Source: a virus (taxonomy: Duplodnaviria > Caudoviricetes). From it: a DNA stretch of 64,000 nucleotides. Made by a program: the position numbers and the translations under genes. Under the pieces are notes generated by a model, which had not been told where the DNA came from, did no database searches, and was given only the letters and a program-made list of their open reading frames with translations. Of this stretch, positions 17,396-26,779 are shown piece after piece. Each line of letters starts with the position of its first letter. Positions within the stretch are counted from its first letter, which is position 1. The DNA is taken from IMG/VR virus record IMGVR_UViG_3300020049_005939, positions 1-64,000 of that record. One strand, given 5' to 3'.

Positions 17396-18417
17396 GATCC
17401 CTAGCTTTTGATGATGTCTTAATTCTACCAAAATTTTCATCTATTCAATCTAGAGCTGATGTTAGCTTAGTTAACACTTTACATGATCTTAACTTGGGTG
17501 TACCGATTATTTCGAGTAACATGGATACTATCACTGAAGTCAATATGGCTAAAGCTCTCAATAAAGTTGGAGCAGCGGGAGCTTTGCATCGCTTTACAAG
17601 CATCGAGAATAATGTAGAGATGTTTAAAGCGTCCGAATGTAATCCAATTGTGTCCATTGGAGTGGGAGACAAAGAATTTGAACGAGCTAAAGCTCTGATA
17701 GAAGCCGGAGCAACTAAAGTTCTTATCGATGTTGCTCACGGAGCATCCATCCAGACTGTCCAGCAGTACGACAGACTGCGCGTTGCTTACCCTAGTCTAT
17801 TCATCATTGTTGGCAACTTCGCAACGTATGAGTCATTTACAGCGTTTATGAGTCATTCCACAAGCGGGTTTCCACCAGACGCACTGAAGCTCGGGCTAGG
17901 CGGCGGAGGACTTTGTAGCACAAGAGTTGTCACCGGATGCGGGTTGCCAACATTGGCTACACTTCTTGACTTTAGAGCAAAGACAAAGATTAAATTGATT
18001 GCCGATGGCGGCATCAAGAACTCTGGTGACATAGCTAAGGCTTTAGCCGCTGGCGCTGATTATGTAATGCTTGGTAGCCTACTAGCTGGGACGTATGAAA
18101 CCCCCGGAGAATTGCTGTCCCGACAAGAAGAGGGCAGTGGGTCATCTGAGTCTTATAAGATTTACAGAGGGTCCGCATCTAAAGAGTCATACGAAGCTCA
18201 GGGTAAGACTGCCACACATAGGGCACCCGAAGGTGAAAGCACTAAAGTTGCATACAAAGGACTTGTAGGTAACGTAATCCAGAACCTAGAAGGTGGGCTA
18301 AGGTCTGCTTTGTCTTATGTAGGAGCTACTAATCTAACGGAGTTTAAAGAAAAAGCACAGCTAGTAGAAATATCCACTTCGGCTCATTTAGAATCTAAAC
18401 CGCACACAAAAGGATAA
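17392..18417 (+). CDS. IMP dehydrogenase / GMP reductase (no CBS domains)
   Basis: FDDVLILP, SSNMDT, IDVAHG, GLGGGGLCSTRVVTG with catalytic Cys, IADGGIKNSGDIAKAL, YRGSAS, PEGES. Confidence 0.9.
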   Translation: MRSLAFDDVLILPKFSSIQSRADVSLVNTLHDLNLGVPIISSNMDTITEVNMAKALNKVGAAGALHRFTSIENNVEMFKASECNPIVSIGVGDKEFERAKALIEAGATKVLIDVAHGASIQTVQQYDRLRVAYPSLFIIVGNFATYESFTAFMSHSTSGFPPDALKLGLGGGGLCSTRVVTGCGLPTLATLLDFRAKTKIKLIADGGIKNSGDIAKALAAGADYVMLGSLLAGTYETPGELLSRQEEGSGSSESYKIYRGSASKESYEAQGKTATHRAPEGESTKVAYKGLVGNVIQNLEGGLRSALSYVGATNLTEFKEKAQLVEISTSAHLESKPHTKG

Positions 18418-18418
18418 C

Positions 18419-19396
18419 ATGAGTAAATTCGTTGTTAAGAAGGTTACTAATATGTACATGACTCAGGAAGGCTTAGAGCTTCCTGAAAGTGATTTCTCAC
18501 ATATGACCCCGGACGGTCATTTTATTCAGTATGATTATATTGAAGACGAAAACTCGACCGATGTGATTGTTGAACCCGGCATTTGGAGTATTAAGAAAAG
18601 TTCAATGGGTATGTATCTTAACAAGACTTCTTATGTTAAGGATAACATTCTCGAAGAGTTTGTAAATACTAAACAGATTGAAGAAGCGGTGGATTGCTTT
18701 ATTGAAAATATTCATATTTATCCTGAACTTGGATATGAAGTGGCGCGAAGGGCGTTACTATTATACGGCCCTCCCGGTGTAGGTAAGAGTACAGCAATTA
18801 CTAAAATTATCAGTAAATACGATAGGGACGGTAAAACTGCGGTTTTGACGTGGCCGACTGACGTTCTTGATGCTTACGAAGTAAAAGAATTTATTAAACG
18901 ATTTAAGTACAAAGATGTAGAGAAACTCTTTCTTATTGCTGAGGACTTAGGTGGAGTAGAAGCATCACAAGTTAAACTGAAAAGTTCTTCGTCTATGTTA
19001 TCTCTTCTAGACAATCAAGAAAAGACATTTACCCTACCTATTTTCATTATCGCCACAACTAATCACCCTGAGATTTTTCATGGTAATATCGCAAACCGTA
19101 AAGGCCGGTTTGACGACCGAATGGAAGTAACTTCCCCAGACGGAGAAACCAGAAAAAAACTGTTAACCTTCTTCAGTAAGGGACAAGCCCCCGAAGACGC
19201 TCTTAATTTGATGGCTAGCGACAAGTGTAAAAAGTTTCCTCCTGCTCACATTAAAGAAGTGTACGTTCGTCATAGACTTCGTAAAAAATCAATGAAAGAT
19301 GTTATTTTAGAGCTTATTAAAGAAGACGTTGAGTTTGAAAAAGAATTTGCTAAGACTAAATCTGTTGGAATGGGATTAAGTTCTTTCGATGATTAA
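18419..19396 (+). CDS. Classic-clade AAA ATPase
   Basis: GPPGVGKS, IAEDL, ATTNHPE, RKGRFD. Confidence 0.85.
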   Translation: MSKFVVKKVTNMYMTQEGLELPESDFSHMTPDGHFIQYDYIEDENSTDVIVEPGIWSIKKSSMGMYLNKTSYVKDNILEEFVNTKQIEEAVDCFIENIHIYPELGYEVARRALLLYGPPGVGKSTAITKIISKYDRDGKTAVLTWPTDVLDAYEVKEFIKRFKYKDVEKLFLIAEDLGGVEASQVKLKSSSSMLSLLDNQEKTFTLPIFIIATTNHPEIFHGNIANRKGRFDDRMEVTSPDGETRKKLLTFFSKGQAPEDALNLMASDKCKKFPPAHIKEVYVRHRLRKKSMKDVILELIKEDVEFEKEFAKTKSVGMGLSSFDD

Positions 19397-19601
19397 ACCG
19401 CAACATTCTTGGAGAATGAATAAATATAACAATGGAATATCTGGGGTCAATAGGATGTCGTATCCTATTAATAGCAACGGTTACGCAATAAGAAGAGAAA
19501 TGGTATATCTTAATAAATATCAATTAAACGAAGAAAAAGACGACGATATAGAAAGAATTATTGCCGACATAGAAAACGACTTTGGTGATTTAGATGAATA
19601 A
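19389..19601 (+). CDS. Hypothetical protein
   Basis: Coupled ORF. Confidence 0.5.
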   Translation: MIKPQHSWRMNKYNNGISGVNRMSYPINSNGYAIRREMVYLNKYQLNEEKDDDIERIIADIENDFGDLDE

Positions 19602-19791
19602 AAGAAAATCACGGATAAACCTAGAAGACGCTTACATAGAAACCTTGGATGCTTTTGTTAATCTAAGAGAAGATAAAGTCATATCATTTGAACGATTTAC
19701 CAAAGACCGAATGAAACCATCAAATAAAAAAAGCATAAAAGATATCGTTAGGGAATTTAGAGAACGACTTAAAAATGACAAAAATTTATAG
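19594..19791 (+). CDS. Hypothetical protein
   Basis: Coupled ORF. Confidence 0.5.
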   Translation: MNKRKSRINLEDAYIETLDAFVNLREDKVISFERFTKDRMKPSNKKSIKDIVREFRERLKNDKNL

Positions 19792-20017
19792 TCTCGATAA
19801 GCTCCAAAAAGCCCGTCTTATGCGTAAAGACCTAGAGAAGCTAGTGCATGTGCTACAGCTTAACCTAAGCGGCCTAAGTCAATATAAGAAGTATAAAGAT
19901 ATTGGATTGCTTTTAGATAATATTCTTGACACAAAGACCCTCCTTGAGATACATTTAAATAGTATTAACCGATTCATTGATAGCAAAGGACTAGTTAATG
20001 ACCAATTTAAAGACTAG
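19775..20017 (+). CDS. Hypothetical protein
   Basis: Coupled ORF. Confidence 0.55.
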   Translation: MTKIYSLDKLQKARLMRKDLEKLVHVLQLNLSGLSQYKKYKDIGLLLDNILDTKTLLEIHLNSINRFIDSKGLVNDQFKD

Positions 20018-20309
20018 TAAATATTACAAGAGGAAAGCCGATAGAGCACTTGCGGACAGCAATAGGCTCCTAAAAAGAGTAGCAATGGATATCTTGGTCG
20101 ATTTAACTGATGAAATTAATAAAGCTTCTGAGAATGGTTGCAAACGAACAACCATTAAACTTCCTCTTAATCTAGGTAACAATATGAAGCTTTTGGAACT
20201 TGAAAGAGGAATTTTAGTTTCTATACTTAACCAACCCCTTCATAAACGTGGGTTTAGTACCGAAACTGATGAATGCTTAAAATTTTTTACAATTAGTTGG
20301 GATAATTAA
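19998..20309 (+). CDS. Hypothetical protein
   Basis: Coupled ORF. Confidence 0.55.
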   Translation: MTNLKTSKYYKRKADRALADSNRLLKRVAMDILVDLTDEINKASENGCKRTTIKLPLNLGNNMKLLELERGILVSILNQPLHKRGFSTETDECLKFFTISWDN

Positions 20310-20797
20310 TGAGTAATAAATGTAAAGTTAAAAGCTGTAAAAAAACTTCTCGTAGATTGGGCAGGTGTTACCAACACATGTCTTTGCCTATGAAAAAAGT
20401 TTTACTAGCTAAAGAAACCGCTAATTCTTATTTGTACGAGAAAACCGTTAACGGATTTCTTATGAGGGCATATAGAAATATGACTTCAAGAGTAAAAGGT
20501 ATTCAAAAAAATAAAGCACATCTTTATGTGGGTAAACCAATTCTTTCTAAAGAAGATTTTTATAATTGGTCTAGAAATAACCCAGATTTTCTTAGATTGT
20601 ATAAACTGTGGACTTCGGCCAATTACGATAGACGGTTAACTCCTTCAGTTAATAGAGTAGATTCGAAAAAAGGTTACACCTTAAATAACATGGAATGGAT
20701 TACTAATTCGCAAAATTCAGCCTTGTCTTCGGTAACAAGAAAACTTAAGGATAAAGAACGTCAACAAATCTATAAAGTATTAGGAGTTGGAAAATGA
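20309..20797 (+). CDS. HNH-like (betabetaalpha-Me) endonuclease-related protein
   Basis: N-terminal C..(..)C...C..H; PSVNRVDSKKGYTLNNMEWIT resembles the SIDRID...GY...N motif. Confidence 0.6.
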   Translation: MSNKCKVKSCKKTSRRLGRCYQHMSLPMKKVLLAKETANSYLYEKTVNGFLMRAYRNMTSRVKGIQKNKAHLYVGKPILSKEDFYNWSRNNPDFLRLYKLWTSANYDRRLTPSVNRVDSKKGYTLNNMEWITNSQNSALSSVTRKLKDKERQQIYKVLGVGK

Positions 20798-21540
20798 AAA
20801 AAAATAAATTAGAAAAGATTCTTATTGTTAGTGATACCCATCGACCTTACCATAATAAAAAAGCGTGGGCTTTGATGCTAAGGGCAGCAAAAGAATTCAA
20901 ACCTGATACGGTTGTGATTATGGGAGACTACGCAGATTTTTTTGACGTGTCTTCCCACTCTAAAAGTCCTGAACGTCGGTTTCAATTAGCTGAAGAGATT
21001 GCCGATGTGAAGGTCGGCCTACAAGAATTGAAAGATCTGGGAGCAAGTAGACAAATTTTTATTGAAGGTAACCACGAAAATAGACTAGTTCGGTACCTAG
21101 CCGATAAAGCTCCCGAACTGTTTAAACTAATTAACATACCTGATATTTTAGAACTTAAGAAGTTTGACTTTGAATATGTTCCTTATAAAGAATACACCAC
21201 TATTGGTAAGATGAATTTTACCCACGATCTAGGACAAGCAGGCAGAACGGCTCACCTAAAGGCTTTGGATAGCTTCCAAGACAATATTATCATTGGACAT
21301 GTTCATCGTATGCATTACTCTGTTGAAGGCGATGCTAAGGGCGTTAAGCATCTCGGAGCTTCATTTGGTTGGCTTGGTGATGAAAATGAAGTTGATTATA
21401 TGCATAAGGCAAAGATTAAACGCGAATGGTGTTTAGGATTTGGTATTGCATACCATAATAAAACTACTGGCAATGTTTATGCTGTTCCAGTTCCTATTAT
21501 TGAAAATACTTGTCTTATTGAGGGTAAATTAATTAAATGA
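20794..21540 (+). CDS. Calcineurin-like metallophosphoesterase
   Basis: SDTH, GDYAD, GNHE, THD, GHVH. Confidence 0.9.
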   Translation: MKKNKLEKILIVSDTHRPYHNKKAWALMLRAAKEFKPDTVVIMGDYADFFDVSSHSKSPERRFQLAEEIADVKVGLQELKDLGASRQIFIEGNHENRLVRYLADKAPELFKLINIPDILELKKFDFEYVPYKEYTTIGKMNFTHDLGQAGRTAHLKALDSFQDNIIIGHVHRMHYSVEGDAKGVKHLGASFGWLGDENEVDYMHKAKIKREWCLGFGIAYHNKTTGNVYAVPVPIIENTCLIEGKLIK

Positions 21541-21842
21541 TTAAGTTCATTTACACAGAAGGGTCAAAATTTTATATTGTCGGCGAAATCTGTGTAAGAA
21601 AATTATTATATGAAACTGAAGAAATATATGATGACGAACGACTTAGAAATCTTATGGTTCACAATCACTATTTCAACAATACAGTTTACGCCATTGAATG
21701 TAATCCAGATAAAGAGCATAGATACTTTATTCCTGGGGATCTGACCGGTAGCGTTGCTTCAATTGTATCAGAAGAATTATTCCGGCATCATTGGAAAGAA
21801 TATAGACTAAAACAGAAAATGAAGGACATATTCAATGAGTAA
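21537..21842 (+). CDS. Small protein with shared C-terminal helix
   Basis: Tail FRHHWKEYRLKQKMKDIFNE. Confidence 0.7.
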   Translation: MIKFIYTEGSKFYIVGEICVRKLLYETEEIYDDERLRNLMVHNHYFNNTVYAIECNPDKEHRYFIPGDLTGSVASIVSEELFRHHWKEYRLKQKMKDIFNE

Positions 21843-22158
21843 CCAAAACTATTACACCGTTTATTCCCATGCCGTATCCTCTAACGATATCACCATTGGA
21901 ACTTCAAGTACAACACCAAATACAAATTTATCAGTGGAGGACCATTTACGACGCGAGTTAAAATCAACGTCCTTAAATTTTAAAGATTTTAGAATGAGAT
22001 ATGTAACAAATGATTACCCATCGGCTTATAATAGTTTTTATGAATATAAATTTGTAAATGAACATACTGAATATAGATATAAAACAACTTACGATTTAAT
22101 ATCCTTTATTAAAGAAGAACAAATGAAAGAACTTATGAAAGAGACATTTAATGAGTGA
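21835..22158 (+). CDS. Small protein with degenerate shared tail
   Basis: Tail EQMKELMKETFNE. Confidence 0.6.
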   Translation: MSNQNYYTVYSHAVSSNDITIGTSSTTPNTNLSVEDHLRRELKSTSLNFKDFRMRYVTNDYPSAYNSFYEYKFVNEHTEYRYKTTYDLISFIKEEQMKELMKETFNE

Positions 22159-22456
22159 GCAAGGCGGAACAAAATTTGATCAGGATAAGTCCCAATGGCA
22201 CTTACTACCATTCGATGCTTTAGAAGATGTAATTAAAATTTTAGAACTAGGACAAGTAAAATACGGTAAATTTAATTGGAAAAAAGGATTTACACGTAGT
22301 AGACTAGTCGATGCTACATTTAGACACTTGACAAGTTACGTAAGTGGTGATAGGATTGATAAAGAATCGGGATGCTCGCATTTAGCACATGCGGTATGTA
22401 ACCTACTTTTCATGATTTCATTAGAAAAAACAAATAAGTTAGAGGAAGATATATGA
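22151..22456 (+). CDS. DUF5664 dATP/dGTP diphosphohydrolase-like protein
   Basis: GTKFDQDK..W.LLP, KYGKFNWKKG, RHL, DKESGCSHLAHAVCN. Confidence 0.85.
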   Translation: MSEQGGTKFDQDKSQWHLLPFDALEDVIKILELGQVKYGKFNWKKGFTRSRLVDATFRHLTSYVSGDRIDKESGCSHLAHAVCNLLFMISLEKTNKLEEDI

Positions 22457-22701
22457 ATCTTAGTAAAATACAAGAAATATCCTTAGAAAATGTTGGACCA
22501 GAGGTTAGCAGGGAATTAAATAGAATTGAACAACTAGTATCAAGTAGAGCATACGAAGGACATTTTAATGTCGAAGCGTCTACACACGCGGACCTTCTTG
22601 ATCGAATTAAAACTCACCTAGAATTTGACGGGTTTAAAATACAAACACTTAGATTTGAACTTAATGGATTAACACATATCCTAATCGACTGGAGTAAATA
22701 A
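22453..22701 (+). CDS. Hypothetical protein
   Basis: Helix plus terminal I.W strand, like 19998 and 22703. Confidence 0.55.
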   Translation: MNLSKIQEISLENVGPEVSRELNRIEQLVSSRAYEGHFNVEASTHADLLDRIKTHLEFDGFKIQTLRFELNGLTHILIDWSK

Positions 22702-22702
22702 T

Positions 22703-22948
22703 ATGAACGCAAGAGAAGCAAATAAATTAATGAAACTAACTAGAGAAAACGCAGTTCAAAAAGAACTAAATGGCATCTTTGCTGAAATTAAAGAGGCTTT
22801 AGATGTTGGACTAGACAATATTAATAAAGACATTAAATATGGAGAGGATACAACATCTCTTCTTAGAGAACTTAATTACTTAGTTACTAATAACATTACT
22901 TCATATCCTTTGGCCACAAGCGTTAATATTTCATGGAGAAACGTATGA
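22703..22948 (+). CDS. Hypothetical protein
   Basis: MNAREA...ISW pattern common in phages. Confidence 0.55.
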   Translation: MNAREANKLMKLTRENAVQKELNGIFAEIKEALDVGLDNINKDIKYGEDTTSLLRELNYLVTNNITSYPLATSVNISWRNV

Positions 22949-23388
22949 TTTTAAAAGTTGTTAAATTAAACAGTGAAGCTGTTACGCCAACTAGAAACTA
23001 TCATGACGACGCTGGGCTTGATCTACATGCCCTTCATGACACCTTTATTCCTTTAGGAAAAACGGTATTAGTTAAAACTGGGATTGCTATTAATATTCCA
23101 ATTGGTCATGTCGGTAAGATCGAAGATCGCTCTAGCATGGCCCTTAAAGGTATTCGAACTGGAGCTGGGGTCATTGACCCAGGTTACACGGGAGAAATTG
23201 GGGTTGTACTACATAATTTGAACAACCAGCAAGACCACAATATCGGTCGATTAGGTTTTACGGTTAAGGTCGGCGATAAAATTGCACAACTACTTCTACT
23301 TGAAACTAGAACATTTGAATTAGTTGTTCAAGATACTTTGGATACAACTCCTAGATCAAATTCAGGATTTGGCAGTTCAGGTCGTTAA
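22945..23388 (+). CDS. dut: Trimeric dUTPase
   Basis: AGLDL, RSSMA, GVIDPGYTGEI, IAQL, RSNSGFGSSG. Confidence 0.95.
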   Translation: MILKVVKLNSEAVTPTRNYHDDAGLDLHALHDTFIPLGKTVLVKTGIAINIPIGHVGKIEDRSSMALKGIRTGAGVIDPGYTGEIGVVLHNLNNQQDHNIGRLGFTVKVGDKIAQLLLLETRTFELVVQDTLDTTPRSNSGFGSSGR

Positions 23389-23410
23389 TAAATAGAAACG
23401 AGTTTACTCC

Positions 23411-23572
23411 TTGGGTAAAAAACAAAAACAGAATAAAATTGAAGCCGCTATTAAAGGTAAATGTCCTAAGTGTTATGATGGTAAATTAATTACTATTGAG
23501 CTACCTGGGCGAAGTTTAAGAAAATGCGATAACTGTAATTATCGAGAAAAAGCAGTGCTACATCGTGATTAG
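23411..23572 (+). CDS. Small Zn-ribbon protein (53 aa, TTG start)
   Basis: CPKC...CDNC. Confidence 0.5.
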   Translation: MGKKQKQNKIEAAIKGKCPKCYDGKLITIELPGRSLRKCDNCNYREKAVLHRD

Positions 23573-23909
23573 TAAACGAGCCTTTGTTATTGCAACACTA
23601 AGACGCGCTAGTTATAGGTGGCCCGCTAGAACCGAGGCAATGAGACTTGCTAGGGTTGAGCGCGGGCTATACAAATGCGCTATGTGTACAAAAGTTCACA
23701 CTAGATCTAATATTCAATTAGACCACATATTACCTGTCATATCTCTAAAAGGGTTTAAGACGTGGGATGAGTACATTGATCGACTCCTATGCGATCCTGA
23801 AGGCTTTCAGGTACTTTGTAGGCCCTGCCACGACGCGAAAACTAAAGGTGAAAATAGTTTAAGAAAACAATTGACAAAATCAACTAGAAAGGTTAAGCTT
23901 AAAAAATGA
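23565..23909 (+). CDS. HNH endonuclease
   Basis: CAMC, QLDHILPV, QVLCRPCH. Confidence 0.85.
   Translation: MISKRAFVIATLRRASYRWPARTEAMRLARVERGLYKCAMCTKVHTRSNIQLDHILPVISLKGFKTWDEYIDRLLCDPEGFQVLCRPCHDAKTKGENSLRKQLTKSTRKVKLKK
23871..23899 (+). promoter_or_regulatory. Sigma70-type promoter candidate
   Basis: TTGACA-17 nt-TAAGCT upstream of the 23906/24032 genes. Confidence 0.45.
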
Positions 23910-24025
23910 ACGATATTAGTTTAAAAACAATGATTAAGTTATCAGTAGTATTTTATTTAACACATGGTGCAATTACCTTTGCTGGACTTGTTTTAATTGG
24001 CCTATTAAGTTCTTTGAAAGGATAA
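23906..24025 (+). CDS. Small TM peptide (39 aa)
   Basis: Fills the gap between the HNH and ClpP-like genes; hydrophobic. Confidence 0.4.
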   Translation: MNDISLKTMIKLSVVFYLTHGAITFAGLVLIGLLSSLKG

Positions 24026-24031
24026 TTCGTA

Positions 24032-24790
24032 ATGAATATTAAAAATTTTATTTTATCAGTTTCAGTGGGAGTAGCGTTGACTACTCTCCTTTTCTCTTTA
24101 AGGGATGTTCAAGTCCTCCAATCCCCATCTCTTAAAGATGATGTCATTCGGGTAGCTCTTCCCCCTTCTACCCAACCATCAGCTATTCCCACTGACCCCC
24201 TATCTGGAGCTAAAGTTATTAAAAAGCTTCAACTAAACACCGATCGAGTGGTAAATTTATCTGGTCCTATTATGGACTCGCACGTTGCTGTTGAGATTTC
24301 TAGCAAATCTTCTTCAGAAGAACCTCTGTATGTTTTAATTAATTCACCTGGAGGCTCTATTTTAGCGGGAGAACAGATTTTATCCGCAATCGAATCGTCT
24401 AAGTCTCCAGTCTACACGGTTTGTATTGGAGTATGTGCTTCTATGGCAGCGATTATCTCTCAGTATGGTAAAGAACGATATGGAGTAGACCGAAGTGTTC
24501 TTATGTTCCACGACGCTGCTGGTGGGGTTCAAGGTTATCTTCCACATATGACCTCTCTAATTGAGATGCTTAATAAGAAAATTGATAAAATGGACTCTTT
24601 TATAGCTAGACGAGCAGGATTGTCTTTAGATGCCTTTAAAGCTGAACAATCAAAAAATATCTGGATTGATTCGGAAGATGCTGTCCGTCGTAATTTTCTA
24701 GACTCATTAGTTAGTCTTAATCAAGATATCATTAAACAAGAAGCTACCCCAACGGAGAATAGAACTAAACAATTCTATTTGAATAATTAA
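24032..24790 (+). CDS. ClpP-like (S14) protease with N-terminal membrane anchor
   Basis: INSPGGS, CASMAA (Ser), MFHD (His); N-terminal TM plus Pro-rich linker. Confidence 0.8.
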   Translation: MNIKNFILSVSVGVALTTLLFSLRDVQVLQSPSLKDDVIRVALPPSTQPSAIPTDPLSGAKVIKKLQLNTDRVVNLSGPIMDSHVAVEISSKSSSEEPLYVLINSPGGSILAGEQILSAIESSKSPVYTVCIGVCASMAAIISQYGKERYGVDRSVLMFHDAAGGVQGYLPHMTSLIEMLNKKIDKMDSFIARRAGLSLDAFKAEQSKNIWIDSEDAVRRNFLDSLVSLNQDIIKQEATPTENRTKQFYLNN

Positions 24791-24791
24791 T

Positions 24792-25067
24792 ATGGATCTT
24801 ACCCAAGTTCTTCTTTTAGTAATCGCTGGTCTAGGAACCTGGTTGTTCTTTGAACGCAGGAACAATGGGGAACTTGGGTCCACTATTAATAAATTAAATA
24901 CTCTAGATAAACTTAAAGATTTAACACACGCTACTGAAAAGACCGAAGAACAACTTAAAGCTGAAGAAGCTGATAGACAAGAAATTATCAATAAGCTAAA
25001 TAAATTAGCAGAGAAGGCTTCAATTGAAGACATTAAAAAATTCTTTAATACTCCTGATAAGTCTTAA
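24792..25067 (+). CDS. Membrane-anchored coiled-coil protein (i-spanin-like?)
   Basis: N-terminal TM followed by coiled coil. Confidence 0.45.
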   Translation: MDLTQVLLLVIAGLGTWLFFERRNNGELGSTINKLNTLDKLKDLTHATEKTEEQLKAEEADRQEIINKLNKLAEKASIEDIKKFFNTPDKS

Positions 25068-25428
25068 TCTTGTAGCAGGATCATCCTTTGCTGAAGAGAA
25101 AGTCGATTACCTTGAAAAAGGTACCCCGATGCCCTACTCTGGGTTTGTTTTCCCAGTCTCTAAGGCTCAGGATTGCCGCCTAGCTCTAATCGAGAAAGAG
25201 CAATACGAAGCTATTAAGGCTTCTTACGACCGAAGCATTAAGCTTTACAAGACGACTGAACGAATCAGTGATGACAAGATGCTTGCTCTCAGTCAAGAAA
25301 ACTTTAACTTGAGTACTCAATTATCAGAAACAAAAAGTTCTAGCCAATACTCCAACATTCTGTGGTTTGGCTTAGGAGTTCTCGCTACTGGATTATCCAT
25401 ATATGGGGCGAAACAAATTATTAAATAA
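25024..25428 (+). CDS. Secreted coiled-coil protein with C-terminal TM (spanin-like?)
   Basis: Signal peptide (SFA-EE), coiled coil, C-terminal hydrophobic helix. Confidence 0.45.
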   Translation: MKTLKNSLILLISLNLVAGSSFAEEKVDYLEKGTPMPYSGFVFPVSKAQDCRLALIEKEQYEAIKASYDRSIKLYKTTERISDDKMLALSQENFNLSTQLSETKSSSQYSNILWFGLGVLATGLSIYGAKQIIK

Positions 25429-26086
25429 AGCTTCCGAAGAAGATCTTCTAAAGTTATTAGAAGAAGGAGCATCGGAACTAGTCATCGAAAATACTACAGA
25501 CATTGTAGATTTTCTAGGTGAATTTAAATTAGAACCAGGTAATAGCCGGATTTACATACCGACTCTTTATAAACTCTATCTGTCCTGGTCAGATATTAAA
25601 CTTGGTATAGTTGATTTTAAACTTCAACTAAGCAAGTTTTTGAGAGTAACTAATTATTACTTTCATGTGAATAAAAATGCTCTTACTTTTAAACGAGAAA
25701 TACACAAGTTTTTATTTAAAACAAAGCAGTATAAGCTCGGATATAGACAGGCTTCTAAATTTAAAGCTTTTCTAAAAAGTAAAGAGATCGAAGGTGACGA
25801 TCAATGGATGAGTGAAGTATGTCTTTACCATCTATTTGATAAATGGACCTTTGAACAAAATAAAAGTAATTTAATGAATAAGATAAGTTTTGCTGTATTG
25901 TGCAAGATTTATCTTCAATATAAAAAAATTGAAGGCATATACTATTTTCGTATTAGCGAAAAGGTTAATAAATATATGTCTAAAGAACAACAACTAGAGA
26001 TGATGCAACGTGACAAACAAAAAAAAGACAAGAAGATCAGACAAAAAGTATCCCGCCTTAGCAAAAGGTTTCAATCTAAAGCTTAG
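25403..26086 (+). CDS. Hypothetical protein, possibly with two winged-helix repeats
   Basis: LYKLYLSW and LYHLFDKW repeats. Confidence 0.45.
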   Translation: MGRNKLLNKASEEDLLKLLEEGASELVIENTTDIVDFLGEFKLEPGNSRIYIPTLYKLYLSWSDIKLGIVDFKLQLSKFLRVTNYYFHVNKNALTFKREIHKFLFKTKQYKLGYRQASKFKAFLKSKEIEGDDQWMSEVCLYHLFDKWTFEQNKSNLMNKISFAVLCKIYLQYKKIEGIYYFRISEKVNKYMSKEQQLEMMQRDKQKKDKKIRQKVSRLSKRFQSKA

Positions 26087-26414
26087 ACAAGATCTAATTG
26101 ATTACGATTATATCGATAAGCTTAATGATAAAGAGAAGAAATTCTTAAATCAGTTTACTGAAGAATACACTAATGCTTCTTTTAAGAAGGGTAAGCGTCC
26201 TTTAAATAAGAAGATTCAAACTGAGAAAGACTGTTACGATAGAAACAATGCTAGGAATAGATGCATCCTAACGCGAGCAAAGGCAGCGGGGGCAGTCATT
26301 AATGAACTTGATGACATGGCTAAGGTAGTCAAAAGAAAGACACATAACCCGGAGAATGAGTTAATAAATAAGATTGATAAGTCTAGGGAGCCGGAGGAAG
26401 GCGATCATTCTTAG
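26010..26414 (+). CDS. Conserved phage hypothetical protein
   Basis: DYDYIDKL...FTEEY...YDRNNARNR. Confidence 0.6.
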   Translation: MTNKKKTRRSDKKYPALAKGFNLKLRQDLIDYDYIDKLNDKEKKFLNQFTEEYTNASFKKGKRPLNKKIQTEKDCYDRNNARNRCILTRAKAAGAVINELDDMAKVVKRKTHNPENELINKIDKSREPEEGDHS

Positions 26415-26778
26415 AGCCAAGTTGCTTCATGACTTCTTTGAAGATATCCATCCCTAATATTTCATTAGCGTTCTCGATAAGAGATTTAAACTCAACCATA
26501 CCAATTACGCCGCTAACTAAAGAGACAATAGAAATTGCGTTGCCAACTAGATTAATTTGGACTAAATATCCGGTTATAACAACTGTCTGATATACAAACA
26601 TTTTAGTTATAGTTCGACCTAAAGCAGCGGATGTTATCTTTTCTTTACGCTTATGAGCTGCCATTATCCCAGAAAGCATGTCAGCTACAACTAAGATGCC
26701 TACAGTTATTAATATTGCTTTAATCGGTGCTAAAGCCGCTAAAGCTGATAAAGCAAGAGCAATCATCCATTGTTTCAT
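26383..26778 (-). CDS. Holin-like membrane protein
   Basis: Three hydrophobic segments; ITS..L.RT..K and SLIEN motifs typical of phage holins. Confidence 0.7.
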   Translation of the reverse strand: MKQWMIALALSALAALAPIKAILITVGILVVADMLSGIMAAHKRKEKITSAALGRTITKMFVYQTVVITGYLVQINLVGNAISIVSLVSGVIGMVEFKSLIENANEILGMDIFKEVMKQLGSKNDRLPPAP

Positions 26779-26779
26779 A

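Noticed and set aside
26383-26414. Overlap of convergent genes at the strand switch
   Set aside because: A 32-nt tail-to-tail overlap is ordinary for compact phage genomes.
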